A DNA stretch of 32,000 bases from positions 270,001-302,000 of the forward strand of contig CP006868.1 of assembly GCA_025340205.1 (NCBI GenBank), in the 5' to 3' direction. Position 1 is the stretch's first letter, and each line of letters starts with the position of its first letter. Position numbers and translations under genes: made by a program. Source of the stretch: Ignicoccus pacificus DSM 13166. GTDB taxonomy: Archaea; Thermoproteota; Thermoprotei_A; Sulfolobales; Ignicoccaceae. A model generated the notes under the pieces. It saw only the letters and a program-made list of their open reading frames with translations, ran no database searches and was not told where the DNA came from. Shown here piece by piece: positions 1-7,769 of the stretch.

Positions 1-74
1 CCACTTTCACGGCATCCCTGAGGTCCACGAAGTCCAAGGCCACTTGGAGTAGAGGTCTCTCCCTTCTCTCCCAT
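1..74 (-). CDS. First 24 codons of a gene that runs off the left edge; the N-terminus resembles hexulose-6-phosphate synthase / KGPDC (OMP-decarboxylase-fold) enzymes
   Basis: The reverse complement of 1-74 starts with ATG (74-72) and reads MGEKGERPLLQVALDFVDLRDAVKV. 'LQVALD..DL..A' is the typical N-terminal strand/helix of HPS/KGPDC-family proteins. It is absent from the ORF track because it is truncated. Confidence 0.35.
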   Translation of the reverse strand, partial: MGEKGETSTPSGLGLRGPQGCRES

Positions 75-171
75 ACCATTCCTTTTCCACCGAGTTAAGT
101 GAGGGAAGGGCGTTAATGAGGGGAAATCTCTAAGGCTTGAATGTGAGTCCAGCTCGATGCACCTTGCACCC

Positions 172-182
172 TTATATTAAAA
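172..182 (+). promoter_or_regulatory. Candidate TATA box for the 217..795 gene
   Basis: TTATATTAAAA lies about 35-45 nt upstream of the ATG at 217, in a divergent intergenic region. Confidence 0.3.
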
Positions 183-216
183 CCTTCCACGGCCTTTTCA
201 TTTCGGTGAAGAAGAG

Positions 217-795
217 ATGCCCAAGGACTTCCTGAGGCAGATAGTGAACCCAACCCTCTTGGAGTTCGAGATACCGGCGCAAGTACTGATAGAGATAAGG
301 AAGAAGATTGAGGCAGCTGAAAACAAGTACAACTTCAGCGCCTTCGGAGGAGACGTCAAGAACTTGGTCAAGTTCCTCCAGTCTCCAGAGTGGAAGGAGT
401 TGGTAGCACTCTTCGAGGCTGCCAACGCTAAGGTCGCCCTCATAAAGATACTCGAGAATGCCAAGGAAGCTTACAAGGACTATCCAGAGGTGGTCAAGGC
501 GATAGAAGAGGCCTTGAAGGCCCTCGAGAAAGGGGAGGAGGTAAAGGCGATAACCAAGCTGGAGGAGCTGAAGAAGAACGTAGAGAAGGCCCTAGAGGGT
601 AAGTATCCCACTAGGATATCTGAGAACAAGGTAGTTGTTGAGAGCGACAAGCTAGAGGCCTACATAGAGGAGGACTCCGGAGAGTACAAGATGAAGGTAG
701 AGGTGAGGGGAACCAAGGTAACCGCCACTTGGGAGGAAGCGAAGAAGATACTCCAAAAGGCAAAGGAATTAGCTGATGCCCTCAATCCTCCGTAA
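217..795 (+). CDS. Hypothetical K/E-rich, mostly alpha-helical (coiled-coil-like) protein
   Basis: 192-aa ORF with an ATG start and backbone-like composition. I recognise no catalytic motif. Confidence 0.55.
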   Translation: MPKDFLRQIVNPTLLEFEIPAQVLIEIRKKIEAAENKYNFSAFGGDVKNLVKFLQSPEWKELVALFEAANAKVALIKILENAKEAYKDYPEVVKAIEEALKALEKGEEVKAITKLEELKKNVEKALEGKYPTRISENKVVVESDKLEAYIEEDSGEYKMKVEVRGTKVTATWEEAKKILQKAKELADALNPP

Positions 796-806
796 GGTGA
801 TAGAGC

Positions 807-1259
807 TTGAAGGACGTTGAAGCCAAGTTCGATCGTCTTTTTGAATGTCTCGTTATGTGCTTGGAGATACTGCTGATACTCCTAACAGCAGGCTTCACCG
901 TCCTCTCCCTCTTCTGGTTCGGAACGACGCTATACCATGACTTCATGACTATACAAGAGCTGAACAAGGACGTAATAGTAAAGCTACTGGACATAACCTT
1001 ACTGACCCTAATAATCATCGACGTGCTCCAGATAGTTGTGGCAAGGTACACCAGCAGCTACGAGTACCTAAGGGTGGCGGTCGAGGTAGGTATACTATCC
1101 ATGCTGAGGGAACTGATATCAATCGAGATCAAGAAACCTGACCCATGGAAAGTGATCGCCTTCGCACTTACCATACTGATACTCTTCATCGTATGGGTAG
1201 GGCTCAGCAGGTCTAAAGTTATGGAGGCAATAGAGAAGCGCTTGGGGAAAGAATCTTAG
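807..1259 (+). CDS. Small multi-pass membrane protein (possibly PsiE-like)
   Basis: 150-aa ORF with a TTG start at 807. It has several hydrophobic helices (LEILLILLTAGFTVLSLFWF, LLTLIIIDVLQIVV, VIAFALTILILFIVWVGL). The family assignment is tentative. Confidence 0.55.
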   Translation: MKDVEAKFDRLFECLVMCLEILLILLTAGFTVLSLFWFGTTLYHDFMTIQELNKDVIVKLLDITLLTLIIIDVLQIVVARYTSSYEYLRVAVEVGILSMLRELISIEIKKPDPWKVIAFALTILILFIVWVGLSRSKVMEAIEKRLGKES

Positions 1260-1847
1260 ATCCTCAATCCAGTAATCCACGTACTTTTTGAGTTGCTCGT
1301 CCCTGACTCCAATTCCACACCCAGAGGCGAGGAGGGCCGGGAGATCTATTAGGGAGTCGCCTACGAATATGCTTTCCTTAACGTCTACGTCCAACCTCCT
1401 CAGAAGCCTTATCAATCCCTTCAGCTTGTTCTTGGGTTCAACTGCCGGCTCGCAGTCCTCGCATATGGGATTAGCTATCCAGAGATGAATTCCCAGGGCC
1501 TCCGCCACCCTCTTGGTGGAGGGAGCCAGGCCAGCGCTTACTAACCCTACCCCGAGTCCCCTCCTCTTCGAAAGGGAGACCGCTTCCCTAGCTCCGGGAG
1601 ACAGATATTTCTCTATATCCTCAAACACCTTCTCTATGTCTTCCAAGGTGGGCTCCCTTCCTAGTGCCTTGGTCCACCTCTCCTTGTCCCTTCTGCACCA
1701 CTCTCCATAGCTTATCTCCCCCTTGAAGTAGGCCTTCATGTCCTCTACCGATCCCTTGCTCCCGAATGCCCTATGCACCATCTCCCAGCTGCTCTTGAAA
1801 GTTACCAATACTCCGTCGACGTCGAATGCTATGAACCTAGGCCTCAT
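1119..1847 (-). CDS. HAD-superfamily phosphatase (phosphoserine-phosphatase-like subfamily)
   Basis: HAD motif I 'FIAFDVDGVLV' sits at the N-terminus and motif IV-like 'FVGDSLIDLPA' is present. The start overlaps the hisH stop by 4 nt, giving an operon hisE-hisH-HAD. The C-terminal ~45 aa are antisense to the 807..1259 gene. Confidence 0.75.
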   Translation of the reverse strand: MRPRFIAFDVDGVLVTFKSSWEMVHRAFGSKGSVEDMKAYFKGEISYGEWCRRDKERWTKALGREPTLEDIEKVFEDIEKYLSPGAREAVSLSKRRGLGVGLVSAGLAPSTKRVAEALGIHLWIANPICEDCEPAVEPKNKLKGLIRLLRRLDVDVKESIFVGDSLIDLPALLASGCGIGVRDEQLKKYVDYWIEDLRFFPQALLYCLHNFRPAEPYPYDEEYQYGKCEGDHFPWVRFLDLD

Positions 1848-2452
1848 CTCCTTATCTCCCTTGCTAAGTTCTCCAAGAACTTCCTCCCCGCGGAGGAGCT
1901 CTTCTCTGGGTGGAACTGAGTACCAATAATCTTCCCTTTCTGAACCAACGATGTGAACTTCACTCCCTCGTACTCCGTAATTCCTAACTCCTCCTCCCTT
2001 CCCTCAAAGGGCTTGTAGAAGCTGTGGGCGAAGTAGAAGTTCCTTCCCTCTATTCCCTCGAGGAGGGGGGTTTCCTTAGAAGCGTTGACCTCGTTCCATC
2101 CCATATGGGGAACTTTCCTCACTCCCCTAAACCTTATGACCTCTCCTTTGAGCAAACCCAATCCCTTCAGTCCTCCCTCCTCGCTCCTCTCGTATAGCAA
2201 CTGCATGCCTAGGCATATCCCTAAGACCCATCCATCCGGATCCTTAAGGTAATCGATTAGCTTGTACCTCTCTATGTTACTCATAGCCGCTTGATGGGAG
2301 CCTACTCCCGGAAGGACAACCAAGTCAGCCCTCCTCAACGTCTCCAAGTCCTTGGTGAGTACCGCTCTAAAGCCAACCCTTTGCAAGCCGTTCCTTATGC
2401 TGAAGGTGTTTCCTATTCCGTAGTCAACCACCGCTGCCAGCACTTCCCCCAC
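1844..2452 (-). CDS. hisH: Imidazole glycerol phosphate synthase, glutamine amidotransferase subunit
   Basis: Class-I GATase/HisH motifs are present: VVDYGIGN, LPGVGS, GICLGMQLL (catalytic Cys), VPHMGWN, FYFAHSF, GTQFHPEKS. Confidence 0.9.
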   Translation of the reverse strand: MGEVLAAVVDYGIGNTFSIRNGLQRVGFRAVLTKDLETLRRADLVVLPGVGSHQAAMSNIERYKLIDYLKDPDGWVLGICLGMQLLYERSEEGGLKGLGLLKGEVIRFRGVRKVPHMGWNEVNASKETPLLEGIEGRNFYFAHSFYKPFEGREEELGITEYEGVKFTSLVQKGKIIGTQFHPEKSSSAGRKFLENLAREIRR

Positions 2453-2735
2453 CCCTATGCCTAGCTCTGCTCTCCAGCTCTTTGACCACCTCCTCCCAGC
2501 TTACTCCACTTATAGCCAGTAGAACCATTAAATGGTAAATTAGGTCAGCCGCCTCATATACCAAGGAATCCTTCCCCTCCTCCAAGGCAGCCACTATTAC
2601 CTCAACCGCCTCCTCTCCCACCTTTCTAGCAGCGTATCCCTTCCCCTTCATCGCTATCTTCGATGTGTAGGACCCTTCCCTAGGATTCTTCACTCTATTT
2701 AGAATTACCTCCCACAGCTCTTGAAGATAGTCCAA
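2424..2735 (-). CDS. hisE: Phosphoribosyl-ATP pyrophosphohydrolase
   Basis: The sequence 'GSYTSKI...KVGEEAVEVIVAA...LVYEAADLIYHLMVLL' is the MazG-like HisE signature. It lies directly upstream of hisH with a 29-nt overlap. Confidence 0.85.
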   Translation of the reverse strand: MDYLQELWEVILNRVKNPREGSYTSKIAMKGKGYAARKVGEEAVEVIVAALEEGKDSLVYEAADLIYHLMVLLAISGVSWEEVVKELESRARHRGGGSAGSGG

Positions 2736-2936
2736 GCTTCGTTCCCACGAGCATGGGAGCGAAGGCGGTTAAATCCGGCTGAGTAGTAGGAAGGATCCTT
2801 TATGCTATCTCATTGTATTTCTTAGTTTCTACTTACCCTGCGTTCTAATAACCTGTATGTTCCTTCAACGCTTCACTAATAGCTCATGTCGATATCCTTA
2901 GTTCCTCTTGGAGAAAGCTTATTCTCTTAGTTCGGT

Positions 2937-2950
2937 ATTAATTTAAAAAA
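2937..2950 (+). promoter_or_regulatory. Candidate TATA box for the 2983..4659 gene
   Basis: ATTAATTTAAAAAA is centred about 39 nt upstream of the ATG at 2983. Confidence 0.3.
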
Positions 2951-2982
2951 GTAGACTTTCTGGATTTCGGGGACTCAGGGCT

Positions 2983-4659
2983 ATGAGAATGAAGACATAT
3001 GCACTACTCTTTCTGCTGGCGTTTACATCAAAGTTAATGGCAATTTCATTGACACAAATATGGACGTTCAAAACCAATACTTCAGTCGCCGCATTAGCCT
3101 TTTCCGATAATGGTCATTTAGGAGTGGCCTCAGGTCGCTGTGCCTATATTCTCGATCAAAATGGAAACTTAGTAACTAAACATTGTGGGAAAGAAGATAT
3201 AGTTGACCTCTCCTTCCGTTGCTGTAGGTTTGGCTTCTTAGAAAATTACTGTTGCGGTTATGGAGGACACGTTTACATTTATGACCTTACAACAGGAACT
3301 TGGAAGAAGATGTACATTGGAAAGGATTACTGGAAAGTAATCCTCATGCTCGGGGATGGCTTCCTAGCTAGTGGGAATAAAAAGCTCGCCTACTTCGATT
3401 TCAACGGAAACAAAAGATGGGACGTAGATATATATAACATTGCGCACGGTCTAGCAGTTTATAAGGGATACGTTTACGTCCCAATAAGCTATTGGGATAC
3501 AGGCGCGCTCACCATCCTCAGACTCTCCGATGGGGGTGAAGTAAAGACTATAGACTTTGATGAAAATGTTAATGTTGTTCAAGTTTGTAGTCATTACCTA
3601 GCTCTCGGAACAACTCACAGTGTTTATCTTTACGATATAAGTGATCCTACAAATCCAAAGGAGCTTTGGAAGTTCGATGAGGTCGCGACTAGCTGCAGAG
3701 GAGGTTGCTTTGGAACTGTGAGCATTGCGTTCAGTCCGGGATGTAGGTATCTGGTAAGCGCCGATCCCGACGATCACAAAATTCACTTGCTCGATGTAGC
3801 CACTGGAAAGCAAGTGCTGGAAAAGAAGTTTGAGGATAAAGTTTGGTCAGTGGCTTGGTGGGGGAAGTTCGAGAGAGTGCTAGGAACGATTTGGTGGATG
3901 GATAGAATAGCTGTTGGGTTGGATAATGGTAAAGTTTACGTATTCAAAGTTGAAGGCGATGAACCACAGACGACAATCCTCATTGCCACAAGGGGAACGG
4001 GCACAAACGTACAAGGGACACCTCTCCCGTCCTACTTCTCCTCAGTTCTAGCTCCTTATGAGAAGCTTAGATCCGTATACGATACGCTAAGCAAAGCCAG
4101 CGCGACCACAGTTGGGATAGCTGCTCTAAAGAAGTACTTCCAGTCAAACATGGGCTTTATGGTCTCATTGGCACAGTTCGGAGACTTGCTTCAAAGGATG
4201 GCTGCGTTACTAACGGAAGCTGAGCAGTTACTGCAAAAAAGCGAGAACATCTTGAACACGAAGAGCGATTTCAATTCAATATATACAGCGATGAATTACT
4301 TACAGAGGGCTAAGGTAGACTTAGCCTTGATTAATAATACCCTAAAGCAACTGGACGAGATCGTGAATGAGCTAAAGCTCAACAAGCCTACGGAGGCTAT
4401 GAGTTGTGGCCTTGCGTGGAACACAGTGGAAAACATAATGAAGGCAAAGTCTGTGAATGAGATGTATATGTTCTTAAGCAAAGTAGGTGGAGATTTGAAC
4501 AAAGTAGTAAAGACAGTTATATCTTGTACAATAGAAAAGGTCTTGAAGAATTACAGCACCTTCAGATCAGAGCTCGTGAAAGATGTGGCAAGGCTCAGCA
4601 TCAAATGGAATAAACTAAACGCTATGCTCACGCTAGTTATGAAGATAGCAACCGGCTAG
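2983..4659 (+). CDS. Secreted or surface protein: signal peptide, WD40/PQQ-like beta-propeller, and a ~190-aa alpha-helical C-terminal region
   Basis: The N-terminus MRMKTYALLFLLAFTSKLMA looks like a signal peptide. WD40-like blades recur (VAALAFSDNGHLGVASG; VSIAFSPGCRYLVSADPDDHKIHLLDVATGK; VWSVAWW; GLDNGKVYVFK). The C-terminus is helical. The gene is AT-rich relative to its flanks. Confidence 0.6.
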   Translation: MRMKTYALLFLLAFTSKLMAISLTQIWTFKTNTSVAALAFSDNGHLGVASGRCAYILDQNGNLVTKHCGKEDIVDLSFRCCRFGFLENYCCGYGGHVYIYDLTTGTWKKMYIGKDYWKVILMLGDGFLASGNKKLAYFDFNGNKRWDVDIYNIAHGLAVYKGYVYVPISYWDTGALTILRLSDGGEVKTIDFDENVNVVQVCSHYLALGTTHSVYLYDISDPTNPKELWKFDEVATSCRGGCFGTVSIAFSPGCRYLVSADPDDHKIHLLDVATGKQVLEKKFEDKVWSVAWWGKFERVLGTIWWMDRIAVGLDNGKVYVFKVEGDEPQTTILIATRGTGTNVQGTPLPSYFSSVLAPYEKLRSVYDTLSKASATTVGIAALKKYFQSNMGFMVSLAQFGDLLQRMAALLTEAEQLLQKSENILNTKSDFNSIYTAMNYLQRAKVDLALINNTLKQLDEIVNELKLNKPTEAMSCGLAWNTVENIMKAKSVNEMYMFLSKVGGDLNKVVKTVISCTIEKVLKNYSTFRSELVKDVARLSIKWNKLNAMLTLVMKIATG

Positions 4660-5167
4660 CACCTTAGATTAATCTCTTTCGAAGTATCGAATTTTGTTCA
4701 CTGAGGTATGATCCTTTTGAAAATGCTTTTACTTTCCCTCACTAGCGTTAACGCCGTTCCTCCACTAATTACATTATCTTAAAGATAACGCTGAGCCCTA
4801 GTTATACTGACTAGCTAATCAGATTCCTAGCATACTCGATAAATTCACTGAACTTGCTTTACGAACTTGATAATGAAGGAAACCTATAATCTTTCAACGT
4901 TTTGAGAAGAGCTTCTGAAAAAAGTCGTTGATGGTATCAGTAAAATGCAGCTCGAAGAAGGTGTGAATAAGATACTTGCAACAAGATGAATTACATTAAA
5001 CTAACGTTTCCGTTAATTGATTGTGGTTTTCAGCATTCATGTAAGGGGTTAGGAGGAGTGCGTTGGAAGAAGCGGAGAGCGTAGCGAAAGGTGACGGAGT
5101 CGGTCAAGCTCGGAGTAAGATCCAGCTGAGGCTATATTCTCGCCTTTGCCGACCCTAGGGGAGAGCC

Positions 5168-5662
5168 ATGCCTTTCGACGTGCTCTGGACCCCTTGGAGG
5201 ATGGAGTACATAAAGAACGTAGTGAAAGGGAAGGAGGAAGGGTGCTTGTTCTGCAGGGTACAGAAGATGGACGATGAGGAGGCCCTAATAGTTTACAGAG
5301 GGGATCACAACTTCGTGATGCTGAACGCGTTCCCCTACAACAGTGGGCACGTAATGATAGCCCCCTATAGGCACGTGGGAAGCGTTGAGGAGATGAGCGA
5401 CGAAGAGCTAATGGATGCTATGAGGATACTCAAAAAGGTAATGAAGGCATTAAGGAACATCTACAAGCCCGAAGGCTTCAACATAGGGTGGAACATAGGT
5501 AGGGCCGCTGGAGCCGGAATACCGGGCCACGTTCACTTGCACGTAGTTCCCAGGTGGGCCGGAGATGCCAACTTCATGCTCACCATAGGCCACACTAAGG
5601 TCCTCCCAGAAGCCCTCAACGAGACGTGGAAGAGGCTGAGGGAAGAGCTTGAAAAGCTATAA
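5168..5662 (+). CDS. HIT-family nucleotide hydrolase/transferase (Ap4A-phosphorylase/GalT-branch-like)
   Basis: Histidine triad 'GHVHLHVVPR' is present, with an N-terminal 'LWTPWRMEYI...GCLFC' and 'NAFPYNSGHVMI'. Confidence 0.8.
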   Translation: MPFDVLWTPWRMEYIKNVVKGKEEGCLFCRVQKMDDEEALIVYRGDHNFVMLNAFPYNSGHVMIAPYRHVGSVEEMSDEELMDAMRILKKVMKALRNIYKPEGFNIGWNIGRAAGAGIPGHVHLHVVPRWAGDANFMLTIGHTKVLPEALNETWKRLREELEKL

Positions 5663-5730
5663 CCTTTGAAGAGAAGAACTCCAAAGTTTATTAAACCTTA
5701 CCTCCCATGGAGGCTCGGATGAAATAAGGT

Positions 5731-5879
5731 GGGCCCGTAGCTCAGCCAGGCAGAGCGGCGGGCTCCAGACGTATCTACGGGTCTGGACGAGCCGTAAGGC
5801 GATGATCGTCGTCTGGAGCGTTAAAGACCCGGGAGGAGAGACCCGTAGGTCGGGGGTTCAAATCCCCCCGGGCCCACCA
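5731..5879 (+). tRNA. tRNA-Trp (anticodon CCA) with a 72-nt intron at the canonical 37/38 position; the 3' CCA is encoded
   Basis: Hand-folded. Acceptor stem GGGCCCG (5731-5737) pairs with CGGGCCC (5869-5875). D arm is GCTC/GAGC. Anticodon stem GCGGG (5758-5762) pairs with CCCGT (5842-5846). The loop is CT-CCA-G..A, the T arm is GGGGG-TTCAAAT-CCCCC, the discriminator is A and CCA is at 5877-5879. Confidence 0.9.
5769..5840 (+). other. tRNA-Trp intron (bulge-helix-bulge compatible)
   Basis: CTCC (5763-5766, positions 32-35) can pair with GGAG (5835-5838). This leaves 3-nt bulges AGA at both junctions (5767-5769 and 5839-5841). Because both junctions carry an A, the boundary can shift by 1 nt. 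Confidence 0.75.
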
Positions 5880-5917
5880 CACCCGGAAGGGGTCCCCCGG
5901 GCTCCTAACCTCCTCCC

Positions 5918-6619
5918 TTATCCTAGATAGGGCCACAAGTCGCCATACCACTTTATCGTTGAAGTAAAGGGATCGAAGTACATTCCATGAACTCTTACCT
6001 CGACTCCCATCGAGACGCTTTCCAAGAGACGGTCGAGGACCTCCGGATCTCCCTTGAGGTAAGGCCTGAAGCAGCAAGCGCCCGGAAAGCCCGCTATGAA
6101 GGTAACTACCGCCCTATTCCCCTTCCTCACGAACTCACCCAACTCTAACAAGTGCCTCTTTCCCCTCTCCGTAGGGCAGTCCGGCCACATCGCCTCGTTG
6201 AAGGGTCCTTTGAGGTCAGCGCTCTTCAGCTCCACGATGGTTCTAGTTCCGTTGCATGAGAATTCAAAGTCTGAAAAGCCCTTGCCGAGCCTAGGCCTTC
6301 TCCTAACGAATGAGCAGTCCTTGAGCCAGTGGATTAAGTTCATTTCGTAGGCCTTCAAGAAGGCCATCTCTTGGAGGTTGGTGTCTACTACGGCGAAGCC
6401 TCCGTCCCTAACTTGAGCTGCTACTAGCTTGTACTTGGTCTTCCCTGAGCTCTTAGAGGAACAATAAGCTAGGTTTCCTTCCCAGATGAGGTCCTCCAGC
6501 CTTCCGGTGTTCGTGTTGTGGACCTTCGCTTTCTCATTACCTATTCTGGCTTCTATTACGAAGCGGTTAAGCTTTCTTATTATTGTGCAAGGAAGTGTTT
6601 CTAGTTTGAGAAGTTGCAA
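5918..6619 (-). CDS. sfsA: SfsA-family (sugar fermentation stimulation protein homolog) nuclease-fold DNA-binding protein
   Basis: Motifs are 'LNRFVIEA...VHNTNTGRL', 'SDFEF...IVELKS' and 'WPDCPTERGKRHLLEL...RAVVTFI', which align by eye with E. coli SfsA 'FPDAVTERGQKHLREL'. Confidence 0.8.
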   Translation of the reverse strand: MQLLKLETLPCTIIRKLNRFVIEARIGNEKAKVHNTNTGRLEDLIWEGNLAYCSSKSSGKTKYKLVAAQVRDGGFAVVDTNLQEMAFLKAYEMNLIHWLKDCSFVRRRPRLGKGFSDFEFSCNGTRTIVELKSADLKGPFNEAMWPDCPTERGKRHLLELGEFVRKGNRAVVTFIAGFPGACCFRPYLKGDPEVLDRLLESVSMGVEVRVHGMYFDPFTSTIKWYGDLWPYLG

Positions 6620-6668
6620 GGTCTCAGCCTACCGTTCAACTTGATTTTCTGATGAAAATACTGGAAAA

Positions 6669-7769
6669 TTATATGGGAATGGGGACAAGCGTTCCAAAGC
6701 CCAATTCCCTTAGATCTCCTGCGCCCTCTCTATAGAGCTTGTGCCAGTCATCACAATTACCATAAAACAATCCCTTCCATATACCATGTCTGAACCCCCT
6801 CGGTCTGTTTTTCGCGAGACTCCAGCCTAAGCTGAAGGCATCAACTTCAACGCGATAAGGTGGAACTATAGATTTTAGGAAGTCTTCCTCTTTTGGAGTA
6901 AAGTGTTTTATTTCGTTTTTCAGTAGCTTCTCGATTTTTTCTCTTAATTGTGCAAATGAAGAGGAACGTACGTTTAGTGGTTCCTTGAAGAGTAATGGTG
7001 TGGCTATTAGTAGTAAACATTCGCCTCCATTTCTTCCATTCCAAAGGTGAGAGAGTTCTTCTTCTATCAAGTTCTTTTTAGAAAGCTCTAGTCTAGCTGG
7101 CAATCCTTCCCCGCCGAAACCTAGTATTGTTTTTTCTTCATGTCTTAAATCACCATATATATCCGCTACTATGGAACCCATTATTATTTTCTTTCCTTCT
7201 TGCACTGCGATATACCTTCTTTCTTGAATATAGATCATACCTTTGGAACTCTCAATTCCCGTTTGCTTTTTCGTTCTATGGAGAGCTATTCCGGTCAGTT
7301 CAGTTGCTCCTATTTGAGGTATTGGTCGTTTCATTACTTCAAACAAGTTCTTAGACTTTGATGGTATAAGAACCTCTCTTTTTAGTAGATCCTCAATTTT
7401 CTTTCCACTTCTTTCAAGCTCCTTTACTAGTTTACGTAGTCCCAGGATAGGAGTCCCATCAAAAGCTGTGAGCTCCTTGGCCTCACCCTCTTCAAAGATA
7501 GCGAATGCTCCGGTGAGCCTTTTCACGCCAAGCTTTTCCAAGCATTTTTTCACATCGCTTAGAATCTCGAAATTTTTATCGTCCAATTCTTTGCAAGAAG
7601 AATCTCTCTGATAGACGATTTGAGCTAGAGCTCCAGCTAAAGTCGTTGGGGGAGGAAGAGGGTAGCTTAACGAGTAGGTGACGCTTCCCCTTGTCTGAGG
7701 GCTGAAGTTTCCCGGCTTCCTAAAGCTGGAACTACCTAGTGGTCTAATTATTACTCCCATCTCGATCAC
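6669..7769 (-). CDS. cmr3: Type III-B RAMP subunit Cmr3 (Cas5-like)
   Basis: The N-terminus 'IIRPLGSSSFRKPGNF...SYPLPPPTTLAGALAQ' matches the Cmr3 pattern (l.fRd.rpF...s...P.P.T.aGA). The C-terminal glycine-rich 'GAGDLRELGFGTLVPI' is also typical. The start overlaps the cas10 stop. Confidence 0.75.
   Translation of the reverse strand: MIEMGVIIRPLGSSSFRKPGNFSPQTRGSVTYSLSYPLPPPTTLAGALAQIVYQRDSSCKELDDKNFEILSDVKKCLEKLGVKRLTGAFAIFEEGEAKELTAFDGTPILGLRKLVKELERSGKKIEDLLKREVLIPSKSKNLFEVMKRPIPQIGATELTGIALHRTKKQTGIESSKGMIYIQERRYIAVQEGKKIIMGSIVADIYGDLRHEEKTILGFGGEGLPARLELSKKNLIEEELSHLWNGRNGGECLLLIATPLLFKEPLNVRSSSFAQLREKIEKLLKNEIKHFTPKEEDFLKSIVPPYRVEVDAFSLGWSLAKNRPRGFRHGIWKGLFYGNCDDWHKLYREGAGDLRELGFGTLVPIPI

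Noticed and set aside
198-464. 88-aa minus-strand ORF antisense to the 217..795 gene
   Set aside because: It lies almost entirely within the longer plus-strand ORF, and no promoter or motif supports it.
5801-5824. Canonical box C (RUGAUGA) / box D (CUGA) elements in the tRNA-Trp intron
   Set aside because: Only partial matches are present (GATGAT, CTGG), and none lies 5 nt from the nucleotides that would pair with positions 34 or 39. I therefore do not annotate a C/D box sRNA and report only the complementarity.
5775-6077. 100-aa minus-strand ORF that covers the tRNA-Trp intron and 3' exon and the sfsA 3' end
   Set aside because: It overlaps a confidently folded tRNA and the sfsA coding frame. 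Its Arg/Pro/Gly-rich composition is typical of an out-of-frame reading of GC-rich DNA.
6620-6668. Search for a duplicated tRNA-Pro 3' segment (att site) at the left border of the CRISPR island
   Set aside because: I could see no convincing match to the tRNA-Pro 3' half (TGGTGGGGCCGCCGGGATTTGAACCC) by eye, so tRNA-targeted integration remains only a positional inference.
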